A stretch of DNA of 64,000 nt from a virus. Location of the stretch: the IMG/VR virus record IMGVR_UViG_2754412344_000002, positions 1,647-65,646 of that record. The stretch is one strand, 5' to 3'. This document shows positions 8,347-17,606 of the stretch, piece after piece. Under the pieces are notes generated by a model. The model searched no databases. It was not told where the DNA came from and was given only the letters and a program-made list of their open reading frames with translations. Both the position numbers and the translations under genes were made by a program. Each line of letters starts with the position of its first letter. Position 1 is the stretch's first letter.

Positions 8347-9363
8347 ATGGCATCCATCCTGAAGATCGGCGAAAAGTGGCGTGCACAAGTCAGACGAAAA
8401 GGGCATCCGCCGCTCACGCGGACCTTCGACAGGCGCAAGCATGCCGAGGACTGGGCCCGCAGCGTCGAAGAAGAGATGCGCGCCGGCAAGTTCGCCGATG
8501 AGCGAAAACTGGCCGATATTACCATCCCCAAGCTCATCGAAAGATATGAGGAAGAAGTCGGCAAACACAAGCCGATTGGTCGGTCCAAGCTCGGGGCGCT
8601 CAATTTCCTGAAGGCGGGACTGGCCGATAAGACGCTGGCTAGTCTCGACGCGCACGCGGTCATTGATTACGCCAAGAAACGCAGAGCGGCCGGCGCGGGC
8701 GGCGTAACCATTGGACTCGAGATGACATATCTCGGGAACGTCCTACGCATTGCCCGCACCGTCCTGAAAATCCCGATCACGGCGACTCCCGTCGAAGAAG
8801 CGCGCCCCTCCCTTAAATTTCTGACGCTTGTCTCGAAATCTCAGGAGCGCGACCGGCGTCCGACGGATGAGGAAATCATCGCGCTTTGCAAACATTTTGA
8901 TAGCAAGGCTCGGCAGCGCGTTCCCATGTCTGACATCATCCGATTTGCCATTGCCACGGCCATGCGGGCCAGCGAGATCACCGCCATCCGTTGGGATGAC
9001 CTCAATGAACAGGACCGCACCATTATCATCCGCGACCGCAAGCATCCGAACGAGAAGATAGGCAACAATCAAACGGTCCCGCTACTCGGTGAAGCCTTCG
9101 AGATTGTCAAGCGCCAGCCAAAATCCGCCGATGGCCGCATCTTCCCCTATAACGAGAAGACATTTTCGACGATCTTTCCGCGGGCTTGCGCCGAGTTGAA
9201 GATCGTCGATCTGCGGTTCCATGATCTGCGACACGAAGGCATCTCAAGGTTGTTCGAACAGGGCTATCGTATAGAGCAGGTTGCTTTGGTCAGCGGGCAC
9301 CGAGAATGGAAGATGTTGAGACGCTACACGCAGGTCAAGGCGAAAGACCTGCATCGCAGCTAG
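8347..9363 (+). CDS. int: DusA-associated integrase (tyrosine recombinase)
   Basis: MASILKIGEKWRAQVRRKG start; TAMRASEI, FHDLRHEGISRLFE, SGH, LRRY motifs; divergent from dusA. Confidence 0.93.
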   Translation: MASILKIGEKWRAQVRRKGHPPLTRTFDRRKHAEDWARSVEEEMRAGKFADERKLADITIPKLIERYEEEVGKHKPIGRSKLGALNFLKAGLADKTLASLDAHAVIDYAKKRRAAGAGGVTIGLEMTYLGNVLRIARTVLKIPITATPVEEARPSLKFLTLVSKSQERDRRPTDEEIIALCKHFDSKARQRVPMSDIIRFAIATAMRASEITAIRWDDLNEQDRTIIIRDRKHPNEKIGNNQTVPLLGEAFEIVKRQPKSADGRIFPYNEKTFSTIFPRACAELKIVDLRFHDLRHEGISRLFEQGYRIEQVALVSGHREWKMLRRYTQVKAKDLHRS

Positions 9364-9611
9364 GCGGCGATATGGTTCAGCCTGGCGTGACGCTCCTTCG
9401 CGATTTCCCGTTCACGATCCAAGTATTCGGCCACATCGCGGATATCGGCGACCCACTTGTTGGCGCACTTTTGCATCGGGATCGGGAATTGCCCGAGACT
9501 GAGTTCGTTATAAGCAGTCTGCTTGGCATATCCGATGGCCTCGCAAACCTCGTCGAGCGACAGACGCAACTTGGAATCAAACTGCGCCATCAGGATAAAT
9601 AGGGACTTCAT
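9360..9611 (-). CDS. PrtN/excisionase-like DNA-binding protein
   Basis: LMAQF...LSLDEVC...AYN..S.GQFPIP...W..DIRDVAEYLD; convergent with integrase. Confidence 0.8.
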   Translation of the reverse strand: MKSLFILMAQFDSKLRLSLDEVCEAIGYAKQTAYNELSLGQFPIPMQKCANKWVADIRDVAEYLDREREIAKERHARLNHIAA

Positions 9612-9645
9612 ATTTCCTCGCTATAGACTTCCCCCGATATTCATA

Positions 9646-9813
9646 TCATGCGGTCTTTGCCGCTTCCCATCCCTTCTCCTGTTCCCGCTCAATCACCTTC
9701 CGCGCCTCATCGACTTCCCGCCCGTGACGCACCTCCGTTTCAAGCGCAAGCAGAAATTCGCATTTAGCGCAGTAGCATTTCCACGGGACGCCGTGTTTGC
9801 AGTGGCCTTCCAT
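9646..9813 (-). CDS. Small Cys-rich hypothetical protein (55 aa)
   Basis: MEGHCKHGVPWKCYCAKC...; below ORF-track size cutoff, read manually. Confidence 0.55.
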   Translation of the reverse strand: MEGHCKHGVPWKCYCAKCEFLLALETEVRHGREVDEARKVIEREQEKGWEAAKTA

Positions 9814-9815
9814 AT

Positions 9816-9986
9816 CTAATCCTTCATGGTAAAGTGAAGAATCGCATGCAATTGTTCGGAAGTAAAACGACCGTCGAGCGTGACATATTCTCCCGCCCAG
9901 TTTGGAGAATCTTTCTCCTTATCCCAAGAAATCCACCCATCGCAATCGTCGGCCTTCAAAATACTGCGAGCTTCGTCGTCAGTCAT
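9816..9986 (-). CDS. Phage hypothetical protein
   Basis: MTDDEARSIL...; stop/start coupling with neighbours. Confidence 0.6.
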   Translation of the reverse strand: MTDDEARSILKADDCDGWISWDKEKDSPNWAGEYVTLDGRFTSEQLHAILHFTMKD

Positions 9987-10225
9987 TTTTCCATTCCTTC
10001 CCACGCAAAATCCCATTCCTCGCACATATACTGCACTGCGCGCATATCTTTCTCGGTCGGCACATAACCCTTTCGCGCTCGAATCATACCTCCGGGCCAG
10101 CGGAAATTTCCGGCTAGCCATTCCAGCGCTGTGGTATCCGTCCATTCTTCGCGCAATTCTTCGGTAGCTTGTGGCATGAACTCCCTCCAGCTAATCTCTA
10201 GTATCCGGTTCAGTGCTGCTTGCAT
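9983..10225 (-). CDS. Phage hypothetical protein
   Basis: 80 aa, in early leftward operon. Confidence 0.6.
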   Translation of the reverse strand: MQAALNRILEISWREFMPQATEELREEWTDTTALEWLAGNFRWPGGMIRARKGYVPTEKDMRAVQYMCEEWDFAWEGMEK

Positions 10226-10414
10226 TCAGGCTCCGTCACATCTCGACCATGGGCCTTTGCCGCCCCAGTTTTGCCAAGCGACTGACTTCAGCATCAGCCA
10301 GTTGTACGGGGTGTAGAGATGGCCGGCCCAGTCCCACCATAGCATCGGCCTTGATACCCAATCGCCGAGCCAGAAGAAGGACCACGACGCGATGAATCCG
10401 ATGGCGGCCTTCAT
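10226..10414 (-). CDS. Trp-rich small protein, possibly membrane-associated
   Basis: 62 aa with 9 Trp. Confidence 0.55.
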   Translation of the reverse strand: MKAAIGFIASWSFFWLGDWVSRPMLWWDWAGHLYTPYNWLMLKSVAWQNWGGKGPWSRCDGA

Positions 10415-10761
10415 TTCTGTTCTCCGCGCTTACCGATTTCTGCCGCTGCGCGAACGATGGCGCAGCGGGTCGCCGCACAATGATCGTCGCCGTAATTCTC
10501 CACGGCATATGGGCGCCCCGGAGCTTTGAAGTTTGTGGCTACCACTCCGAGGTCTAACAGCTGAATATCGAGCCGGAGCTTCACCGCCAGCCGCAGCGCG
10601 TCGCCGTCGTCGGTGAGAGGATTCCAGTATTCTTCGACATCCTTGAGCCAGAGCGCCGCCTTGATCCCGTAACGGATCTCGAACCAGTCGGCATCCTCGT
10701 AATGACCCGGATCGTATCCCGCCGCCCTTGCGGCGAGTTCGAGCAGTTCTCGGTCGGTCAT
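10411..10761 (-). CDS. Phage hypothetical protein
   Basis: MTDRELLELAARAAG...WNPLTDDGDALRLAVKL...ATRCAIVRAAAEIG, a common phage motif set. Confidence 0.8.
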   Translation of the reverse strand: MTDRELLELAARAAGYDPGHYEDADWFEIRYGIKAALWLKDVEEYWNPLTDDGDALRLAVKLRLDIQLLDLGVVATNFKAPGRPYAVENYGDDHCAATRCAIVRAAAEIGKRGEQK

Positions 10762-10886
10762 TTCACTTCCCTCGCCCGATTTGCTCGGGATACTTGTCGC
10801 GGATATTGCGCTCCCATGCCTTGCCGATTCCGCAAAGGCAGGCGATCATGATAAAAAACAAGACTCCGAGTCCGATCAAACCCATT

Positions 10887-11102
10887 TCACTGTTCTCCCT
10901 CACTAGCAGGGGTGCGGCGATTCTTCGGATAAACGGTCGTCAAAGGCGCTCCATCAGGACCGTCTTCCCACCACTCGACACGCCCAACGTCCTTGCGCTG
11001 TAGCGCACATTCGATCTCCATGTCGCGTGAATGCTCACCCTTATTCCACGTTTGAAGGAGAAATTCCCCGCTCGAAGAGTAAATTCTGACGTGGTAGGTC
11101 AC
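10887..11102 (-). CDS. Phage hypothetical protein
   Basis: 71 aa, coupled to upstream gene. Confidence 0.6.
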   Translation of the reverse strand: MTYHVRIYSSSGEFLLQTWNKGEHSRDMEIECALQRKDVGRVEWWEDGPDGAPLTTVYPKNRRTPASEGEQ

Positions 11103-11611
11103 GATCCTTCTCCCTGTCGTTGCGCGAGGGCGGCGTCGATCGCTTGATCCAGAACCTGACCTTCGTATGCGTCGCCAATCTCACCGATCGCGCGGAGGTC
11201 TAGTTCAGGCCCATCGTCTGGAAGCGCGACGAAGCGCGTATAGTGCGCGCGCAGCCACCGATACCGCTCCGCATCTTTCTCCGCTGCTTCCAGTTTGGCC
11301 CGCAGTTCGCTAACGGTTTGGCCGACGAATGCCGGCACTTCGTCAGGACTTCCGACCGCTGCGCCTAGCAGCGAGTCAGCATAACCCTCGATAAACGCCT
11401 TCTCACGACACTCAGCAACGGTCGCCAGCAGCGCGTCGATCTGCTGCTTACCGGCTTCCATTTCTGCCAGCAGGAGGTCGATTGCGTTCGCTGCCTGTAA
11501 CGGTACTTTAGAGACAGCATCTCGGTATCGCGACGACGTAATGCTGATTATCGCCTCGTATTCGTCGCGCAGCTTCACCGCCAGCGTCCGCATCTTTTCG
11601 TGGTCGATCAT
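11099..11611 (-). CDS. Ead/Ea22-like protein
   Basis: MIDHEKMR.LA...coiled coil...KDAERYRWLR...LDQAIDAALA. Confidence 0.7.
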   Translation of the reverse strand: MIDHEKMRTLAVKLRDEYEAIISITSSRYRDAVSKVPLQAANAIDLLLAEMEAGKQQIDALLATVAECREKAFIEGYADSLLGAAVGSPDEVPAFVGQTVSELRAKLEAAEKDAERYRWLRAHYTRFVALPDDGPELDLRAIGEIGDAYEGQVLDQAIDAALAQRQGEGS

Positions 11612-11735
11612 CGGTTAGTATCCCTCAGTGGATATTGAGACTTCCACATTTTGCATTTCTGGCATTGCTGAGGCCCAAGCCTGATGGGGTTCCAGCCACA
11701 TTTGCAGCGCCAGTAATCGGCGGTGTGATACACCA

Positions 11736-12242
11736 TCACGCACCTCCCTTATCACTAATGGCCTGAAGAGCCAAGTACAGCGCGTGCATATGAAGAGGCA
11801 GGCGCCGAGCTTTTACATCGCCATCGTGTTGGTCGCATGGGTGAACAACCACGTCATCGAGCGCTTCGCGAACGACTTTCCATGCGGAGGCGATGATCGC
11901 GTCCCTGTCGGGAGTGGTGCGGCGGCCGAGGCTTCTAAGCCATCTTTCGATGTCTTCCTTGAATTCGGCACACGCATTCTGATCATCCAGAGCCGCAGAT
12001 AACCATCTGCCCAGATTCCATTCTTCAGCGCTCCATGATTCAGGTTTGTCCTCGTTATCGAATCCATCCTCTCGCAAGGGGGTCGGTCCTTTGGCTTCGG
12101 CCCACGCTTCATCCCAAACGATTTCTAAGGCAGTCCAAGTAGGATCGCTTTTGCTGATGCCCATTTTTCTCATCAAAGCGGCAAACTTCATCTCGCGCTC
12201 ATCCATGGCGCCATCCGGTTTGATATGCACTCCGTAGTTCAT
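11736..12242 (-). CDS. Phage hypothetical protein
   Basis: 168 aa; AGGAG RBS at 12252-12256 (minus). Confidence 0.7.
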   Translation of the reverse strand: MNYGVHIKPDGAMDEREMKFAALMRKMGISKSDPTWTALEIVWDEAWAEAKGPTPLREDGFDNEDKPESWSAEEWNLGRWLSAALDDQNACAEFKEDIERWLRSLGRRTTPDRDAIIASAWKVVREALDDVVVHPCDQHDGDVKARRLPLHMHALYLALQAISDKGGA

Positions 12243-12256
12243 GTTAAAATTCTCCT

Positions 12257-13306
12257 ATGATTTCCGTCTATCGTTACCGCGTTAAATCATTGAATGGGTT
12301 GCTGAATCAGCAAGCCCGCGCGGTGAACTACGTCTGGAATTTCTGTAACGACACGCAGAAGCACGCGCTCAAGTGGGGCAAGAAGTGGCCGACGGGTTTT
12401 GATCTGAACGTGCTGACGGCCGGCAGCAGCAAGGAACTTGGTGTTCATTCCGGCACTATCAACGCAACGTGCGAGCAATACGCGAAGTCGCGCAGCCAGC
12501 ACCGGCGCCCTTACCTGCGCTATCGCGGAAGAAAATCGCTCGGCTGGGTTCCGCTGAAGGGGCGCGACCTGAAGCGTGAAGGCGATGCGTTTCGCTTTGC
12601 TGGCAGCACCTTTCGCGTATTTAATAGTCGGCCGCTTCCCGAAGGCAAGATCAAGGACGGAACCAACTTTTCGCAAGATGCTCGCGGCAACTGGTTTCTC
12701 AACATCGTGATCGAGATGCCCGATGTTCAGGCACGTCCGATCCGTTCCGGCGTCGGCATCGATCTTGGCCTGAAAGACTTCGCCACACTTTCGACCGGCG
12801 AGAAGCTGCCCAATGATCGGTTCGGTCGACGAGCGGCGGAAAAGCTGGCGAAAGCGCAGCGAGCACGAAAGCACAAACGGCATATCGCGAAGTTGCACGC
12901 CAAGGTCGCGAACGCTCGCGCCGACTTCCAGCACAAGCTCGCGCTCGATCTGGTGCAACGCTTCGACTACATCGCGGTCGGCAACGTGTCGGCCGCGAAG
13001 CTCGCCAAGACCAAGATGGCGAAAAGCGTCTATGACGTATCCTGGTCGTCCTTCCGGAACAAGCTCCGTTACAAAGCGATTGCGCACGGAGCTATGTTCG
13101 AGGAAGTGAACGAATCGCTTTCTACCGTAACCTGTTCTGCGTGCGGTTCGCGCAGCGGCCCAAAAGGTATCGCAGGTTTGCGAATAAGGGAATGGACGTG
13201 CGGTGATTGCGGAACGGTTCATGATCGTGACATAAATGCTGCTTTGAACATTCTCCGATGCGGACGTGCATCGCTTGCAGAAGGAATCTCGCGTTTGCCA
13301 GCGTGA
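12257..13306 (+). CDS. tnpB: RNA-guided endonuclease TnpB, rearranged-RuvC type
   Basis: VGIDLG (RuvC-I D), IAVGNV (Gly at canonical Glu), VNE 44 aa later, CSACG/WTCGDCG zinc finger, DRDINAALNI (RuvC-III D). Confidence 0.93.
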   Translation: MISVYRYRVKSLNGLLNQQARAVNYVWNFCNDTQKHALKWGKKWPTGFDLNVLTAGSSKELGVHSGTINATCEQYAKSRSQHRRPYLRYRGRKSLGWVPLKGRDLKREGDAFRFAGSTFRVFNSRPLPEGKIKDGTNFSQDARGNWFLNIVIEMPDVQARPIRSGVGIDLGLKDFATLSTGEKLPNDRFGRRAAEKLAKAQRARKHKRHIAKLHAKVANARADFQHKLALDLVQRFDYIAVGNVSAAKLAKTKMAKSVYDVSWSSFRNKLRYKAIAHGAMFEEVNESLSTVTCSACGSRSGPKGIAGLRIREWTCGDCGTVHDRDINAALNILRCGRASLAEGISRLPA

Positions 13307-13337
13307 GAGGACGTCAAGATTGGCCCTTGAGGGTGTA
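13150..13337 (+). ncRNA. Predicted omega/reRNA: IS200/IS605 right end plus flank-derived guide
   Basis: GGAATC-CTCGCGTT(TGCC)AGCGTGAG hairpin-AGGACGTCAA ending 13317; guide would start GATTGGCCCTTGAGGG; 5' boundary is a guess. Confidence 0.55.
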
Positions 13338-13613
13338 GAGGGGAGTTTTGCGTGCGCCGTCATTTCGTTCGGCGATCGAATTGTTGGCTTGCAACTCGCC
13401 AATAAACACCTTGTCTCGGAACGTTCGACCTTCCTCGACAAGCCACGCCACCGGCTCTCCGCGCAGTTTCTCCAGCAATGCAGATTCGAGGGCCGCGACT
13501 CCCTTGTAAAAATCCTCAGCGTCACCTTCTACTTGGCCGCTGCTGTAGAAATCGACACCCGCGCTAGCAAAAATGTCTTCAACTTCCTCGCGCGACAGAA
13601 TCGGCTCACTCAT
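13314..13613 (-). CDS. Phage hypothetical protein (stop codon now supplied by the IS end)
   Basis: 99 aa ending LYTLKGQS; TGA is the complement of the IS TCA at 13314-13316. Confidence 0.7.
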   Translation of the reverse strand: MSEPILSREEVEDIFASAGVDFYSSGQVEGDAEDFYKGVAALESALLEKLRGEPVAWLVEEGRTFRDKVFIGELQANNSIAERNDGARKTPLYTLKGQS

Positions 13614-13816
13614 GACGGTTTCCTCTCGCCGGTTTCGAATTTTTCCCGCCCATCAAAAGCGTTGTGCACAATGACATTCGGATCATCTTCGTCTTCTTCC
13701 GGATGACATTGACAGAGCATCGGTAAATGTCGATCAACCTCGTCCACCGGGACAACATGGAATTCGCTGCCGTATTCGATGATCCGCCAACCTCTTTCAA
13801 TCATCGGCTCACTCAT
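13610..13816 (-). CDS. Phage hypothetical protein
   Basis: H.VP..D...H...CQCHP...IVHNAFDGRE..E motif. Confidence 0.7.
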   Translation of the reverse strand: MSEPMIERGWRIIEYGSEFHVVPVDEVDRHLPMLCQCHPEEDEDDPNVIVHNAFDGREKFETGERKPS

Positions 13817-14288
13817 GGGAGTCTCCTTGGGCGCGGGCGGCGATCGCCGGGGAAGCGGGCATCGGCAGCCAGTGCGTCGGCTTCCAGCTGGACACCCAAT
13901 GATTCAACGGTTCTTCCCAATACCAGTTACCGGACTCGCCTTTCCCTGCGTCGAATTCTGCTTTGGCGATAGAGCCTTCGCCATAGAAGTGCCAGTGCGT
14001 TTGTCTCGCGCCATAATTGCTGCACCATCCAAGGATTTGCCTCCCATCCTTCGGCGCCGTCTCGATCGGCTGCCACCCCGTCACCTCGCCGCTCGGCTGC
14101 TGCGTGGGGGCGCGCCGGTTCCAGGCAGCGAACGCTGCTTCCTTCGTGTCAAAAATCTTGCCCGACGTGCCGCAGGTGACACAATCGATGAAGTGGGAGT
14201 CGTCGAGTGGCTCAAAACCTTGGATGTGCTTGACGGCGCCACCGCAGAACGGGCATGGCAAGAGCTTGTCAGTCATGGTCGGCTCCAT
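13809..14288 (-). CDS. Lar-family restriction-alleviation domain fused to DUF551-like domain
   Basis: LLPCPFCGG...C..CG...AAWNRRA then WQPIETAPKDG...PTHWLPMP. Confidence 0.8.
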   Translation of the reverse strand: MEPTMTDKLLPCPFCGGAVKHIQGFEPLDDSHFIDCVTCGTSGKIFDTKEAAFAAWNRRAPTQQPSGEVTGWQPIETAPKDGRQILGWCSNYGARQTHWHFYGEGSIAKAEFDAGKGESGNWYWEEPLNHWVSSWKPTHWLPMPASPAIAARAQGDSHE

Positions 14289-15264
14289 TGAGAAGGCGCT
14301 GAATTGCAGCGCGCGTACGCGGGCCGATGTTTCCTTCAGCGAGGCACCATTCGAACTCGGTGCGAAGGTCGTCCGTCAGGCGCGCCTCTCCCGCATCGGC
14401 GGGGGCGCGATAGTTGGCATCCCGATAGACAGGCATGAATTGCATGTCGGAAGCATGTTGGTAGCGCTCGACAGTGCTCTTCCCGCAAGATTTCCATTCC
14501 GTCCACTGGCCGTTCACACGTACCCGGTAATGCCACCCGACCGGCTCGCGCGCCTCTGCCTGTGCGTCGGCCTGCGCGGGTTGCGGGGCGGCGGCGCACA
14601 TGGCGAGAAACACGGCGTCCACCGTATCCCCTCGCGTGTGGTGGAATTCGGCAAGGGCGCGCAGCCCAGCTTGATTCATAGCGTCAGTCGGCCATACGCC
14701 GGGCGATGCCGCCGGGACCGACGCAGCGGGCGTTGCTGCCGCGCGGGACGCTCCGAGGCGATCTACGGCAGCGTGGATCACGTTCGCCCTGCGATCCCAC
14801 AACGGCTTGTCTGCCGACGCGGGTGCAGTGGCCGCGATCCGCTTTTTCCCGCTCCACGCGTTGTACTGCGCCTCGGTTGCGGCGAACCATTCACCGCCAG
14901 CCGACACCTCGAAACGCGGCGCCGCTGCCGCCATAGCGGGTACGAACCAGCCTTCGACGATCCGCTCGCCTTCTTGCGGGAGATATTCGTTGTGCCAGTT
15001 CGCGTGATAGAAGAACTCCTGCCCACCGTTCTCATCGGGACGCGTGCGAAACACGCCGTATGCACGCACAGCCCCTTCCGCACCTGTCTCATTGGCAGAG
15101 GTGGCGAGAACGCCGAGCACGTCTTCGAGCGCCGTGTTGTACCCGAAACGATATTTAGATTCCGGCTCGTCGGTCGGCCCGAGTTCGTCCGCCGGGTTCG
15201 GCACGAACATCGCCTTGATTCGGTCGGTCAGCGCATCAGCGCGGCTCTGTTGTTGGTCGTTCAT
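14269..15264 (-). CDS. Mosaic phage early protein
   Basis: MNDQQQSRADALTD start, Ala-rich linkers between small domains. Confidence 0.7.
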   Translation of the reverse strand: MNDQQQSRADALTDRIKAMFVPNPADELGPTDEPESKYRFGYNTALEDVLGVLATSANETGAEGAVRAYGVFRTRPDENGGQEFFYHANWHNEYLPQEGERIVEGWFVPAMAAAAPRFEVSAGGEWFAATEAQYNAWSGKKRIAATAPASADKPLWDRRANVIHAAVDRLGASRAAATPAASVPAASPGVWPTDAMNQAGLRALAEFHHTRGDTVDAVFLAMCAAAPQPAQADAQAEAREPVGWHYRVRVNGQWTEWKSCGKSTVERYQHASDMQFMPVYRDANYRAPADAGEARLTDDLRTEFEWCLAEGNIGPRTRAAIQRLLNGADHD

Positions 15265-15272
15265 GGTTCGCC

Positions 15273-15611
15273 TCACGCGTGAGTTGCATACACGGCGTAC
15301 GGGCCGTCTTCGCTGTCGCCGATTTCGAGCAGCCACCATCCGGGTTCGGGCGACACGTCCCACACGCTGATGTCGAGGTTCCCGTTGTCGAAGTACGAGA
15401 CGTATGCCGGGTGATCGATGTTCTCGCTTTCGAGGTGGTAGATCGACGTCTTGATGCCGGCACGCGTTTCAAGGTCTTCCCACTGCTGCGGCGTGCAGTT
15501 CTCGGCGCCGTCCATCGTGACCGTCCAGAAATGGAGCAGGTCCGGGTGGATGAAATAGCCGTTCTCGTCGCGCACGACGGGGATCTGCTGGAGAATCGGT
15601 TGGTCGTTCAT
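15273..15611 (-). CDS. Phage hypothetical protein, homolog of 2347-2970 C-terminus
   Basis: IPVVRDENGYFIHPDL...DGPYAVYATHA. Confidence 0.75.
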   Translation of the reverse strand: MNDQPILQQIPVVRDENGYFIHPDLLHFWTVTMDGAENCTPQQWEDLETRAGIKTSIYHLESENIDHPAYVSYFDNGNLDISVWDVSPEPGWWLLEIGDSEDGPYAVYATHA

Positions 15612-15698
15612 GGTCGCTTCCTCTACAGATAAAGCCTCAATGGCGGGAAAAGAGCGGAGCGCCATACTGGCCGCTCCTAAACACACCACCGGGGTCGA

Positions 15699-16085
15699 CT
15701 AAATCGATGCGAATTCGACGCCGAGTTCCTGAACTGCGTGGCACTCAATGCGCGTCACAAAATTGGCGAACTGTTCTTTCGTCATCTGGCTGGATCCGAC
15801 CGGCACCAGACCACGCGGGCCTTCCTGCTTGGGCGCGTAAAGGTCGAGGTAGTGGGCGTACCAAGCTTCCTTGGTGAACTTCTTTCCTTCGAGTTCCACT
15901 TGCTCTGCGATCTCGGTCAGAAGCGCCCACAGAAGCCGATTCTGCTCGCTGCTGCGCTTGGCTTGGTATTCGCCGACCTCGACCACAATGGGCTTACCAG
16001 CTGCCGCAGCGGGCCCAGCAACAGCCTTGATGTAATCCACCATCCGCTGTGCGATGTCTTTGTTTCGGAGGATGTAGGTCGGCAT
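15699..16085 (-). CDS. ninB: NinB-family recombination protein
   Basis: KRSSEQNRLLWALLTEIAEQV...SSQMTKEQFANFVTRIE. Confidence 0.85.
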   Translation of the reverse strand: MPTYILRNKDIAQRMVDYIKAVAGPAAAAGKPIVVEVGEYQAKRSSEQNRLLWALLTEIAEQVELEGKKFTKEAWYAHYLDLYAPKQEGPRGLVPVGSSQMTKEQFANFVTRIECHAVQELGVEFASI

Positions 16086-16093
16086 GGCTTACC

Positions 16094-16747
16094 TCACGCT
16101 ACTTTCTTGCTGAGAAGGGCGACTGCTTCGTTCACGCGTGCGTCGAATGCGAGTAACTTTTCGACCATCTGATCGATGAATATTTCGTCTCGCTCAATTC
16201 GTTTGACGAACAGGTGATTTCCGCCGTTTTCAAGAGCGGGGACGTACTGGATGAAATCGCACCACTTACGGCCAGAAATCCACAGACCGCCCTGTATCTG
16301 GTGGTAGTACTCCGACACATCGCCCGTGCGCAGCATGTCGATGATCTTGACGCTATCGACCGGGCACTTGATCTCGATGAGCCCATCGTCTTCCACCAGA
16401 CCATCTGAGCTGTAGCCGAACCGGCGATCGTCAGTCAGAATCACGCCAGACTCAGACGCAAGATAGCCTGTCTGCGCCTCGTATTCGATACGCGCCTCAA
16501 CTTCCAGCGCATGTCCTCGGTCTAGTGTCCATGCCTTCACTGGCTCGCCATACGGACGCCCGCTGACTCGCTCAATTGCGAGGTCATAACAGTACTTGTC
16601 AGACGCTCCAGTCGGATCGCCAGCGTCCTTGTTGCCCGACTTGCGGGTGAGAACAGAAATAGCATCAGCAAAGCATGAAGCAGTGACTGCTCCGCATCGA
16701 GCGGCGAGCCATTCAGGCGTTCCTTGCTGGCAGGTGACGATGATCAT
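16094..16747 (-). CDS. YqaJ/lambda-exonuclease-family nuclease
   Basis: QGTPEWL..R.G.VTAS, GHALE..AR, GYSSDGLV, IEIKCP, YYHQIQG.LW. Confidence 0.9.
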   Translation of the reverse strand: MIIVTCQQGTPEWLAARCGAVTASCFADAISVLTRKSGNKDAGDPTGASDKYCYDLAIERVSGRPYGEPVKAWTLDRGHALEVEARIEYEAQTGYLASESGVILTDDRRFGYSSDGLVEDDGLIEIKCPVDSVKIIDMLRTGDVSEYYHQIQGGLWISGRKWCDFIQYVPALENGGNHLFVKRIERDEIFIDQMVEKLLAFDARVNEAVALLSKKVA

Positions 16748-17544
16748 TTCGCCTCCGCTGCAGATTGAAAATCGACGATCTTGCTTTCCACCAGCTTTTT
16801 GACTTCCTTGTGTCCCTCGGTTGCTTTGACTGCGCGGAGTGCTGCCGCAGCAACCGCCCAAATCTGGCGAACTTCGCCTTCAGATTTGGCATCGCGAACC
16901 TGAGCAAGGAACTGATCGACCAGTACTCGCTGATCAACTCCGGACGGTGGATTGCCGTCTTTATCGTCGTCTTGCTCAGACAGGCCGGTGATAGCCTTCA
17001 GCGTGTAACGTTCGAGGTATGTCTTAGTGCTGGCTCGCGCCTGGATCACGTTCTTTGCGCCTCCAGTGTCAGGAGGGCCACCCATTGATACGCTTTCCTC
17101 GTGACCGTTCACATGACGCAGATAGCAGGTAACTTCCATCCAATCTTTTTCATCGCGCGTCAGCTTCCAAGACGATGACAGGCCGTGCTTCGAGAGGGCT
17201 GGTGTAACGGCGTTCACAACATCATGGAGTTCCGCGTACTTCTTGCCCTTTAGCGGCCCATCCGTCACGTCCTTGCCCTTCGGGATTACGACGGCCTCGG
17301 CCTTGAACGCGGCGAACGCGATGTCGTAAGCCTGCTTGGCTTGTTTCGCTTCCCAGCGATCCTGAAGCGACATGAGACGCTCCAGCCGATCCAGATCAGC
17401 GCCGCTTTCTACGGCGATGCGCAGCAGGTCGGCAGGCGTCGTCGTGGCAATTGTCATTCCGGTGGGCTGCGCGACAGCCACCGACAGCTCCGGCTGAGCA
17501 CCCGTTTCCATGTCAATGACAGCTTGTTCTGCAACGCGATTCAT
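16744..17544 (-). CDS. erf: ERF-family ssDNA annealing protein
   Basis: KYAELHDVV.AV.PAL.KHGLS...Q...ST.TY..RY...AI.G..EQDDDKDG; alternative in-frame start at 17610. Confidence 0.85.
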   Translation of the reverse strand: MNRVAEQAVIDMETGAQPELSVAVAQPTGMTIATTTPADLLRIAVESGADLDRLERLMSLQDRWEAKQAKQAYDIAFAAFKAEAVVIPKGKDVTDGPLKGKKYAELHDVVNAVTPALSKHGLSSSWKLTRDEKDWMEVTCYLRHVNGHEESVSMGGPPDTGGAKNVIQARASTKTYLERYTLKAITGLSEQDDDKDGNPPSGVDQRVLVDQFLAQVRDAKSEGEVRQIWAVAAAALRAVKATEGHKEVKKLVESKIVDFQSAAEAK

Positions 17545-17606
17545 CGCTTGTTCCTCATATGCTTGTAGCGTGTCAGCCGCGAGCCAGTCGGGGCCTTCAT
17601 CAGTGT

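Noticed and set aside
12257-13306. TnpB as a catalytically dead TldR-like regulator
   Set aside because: Gly at RuvC-II is accompanied by the alternative Glu 44 aa downstream, and both Asp residues are intact
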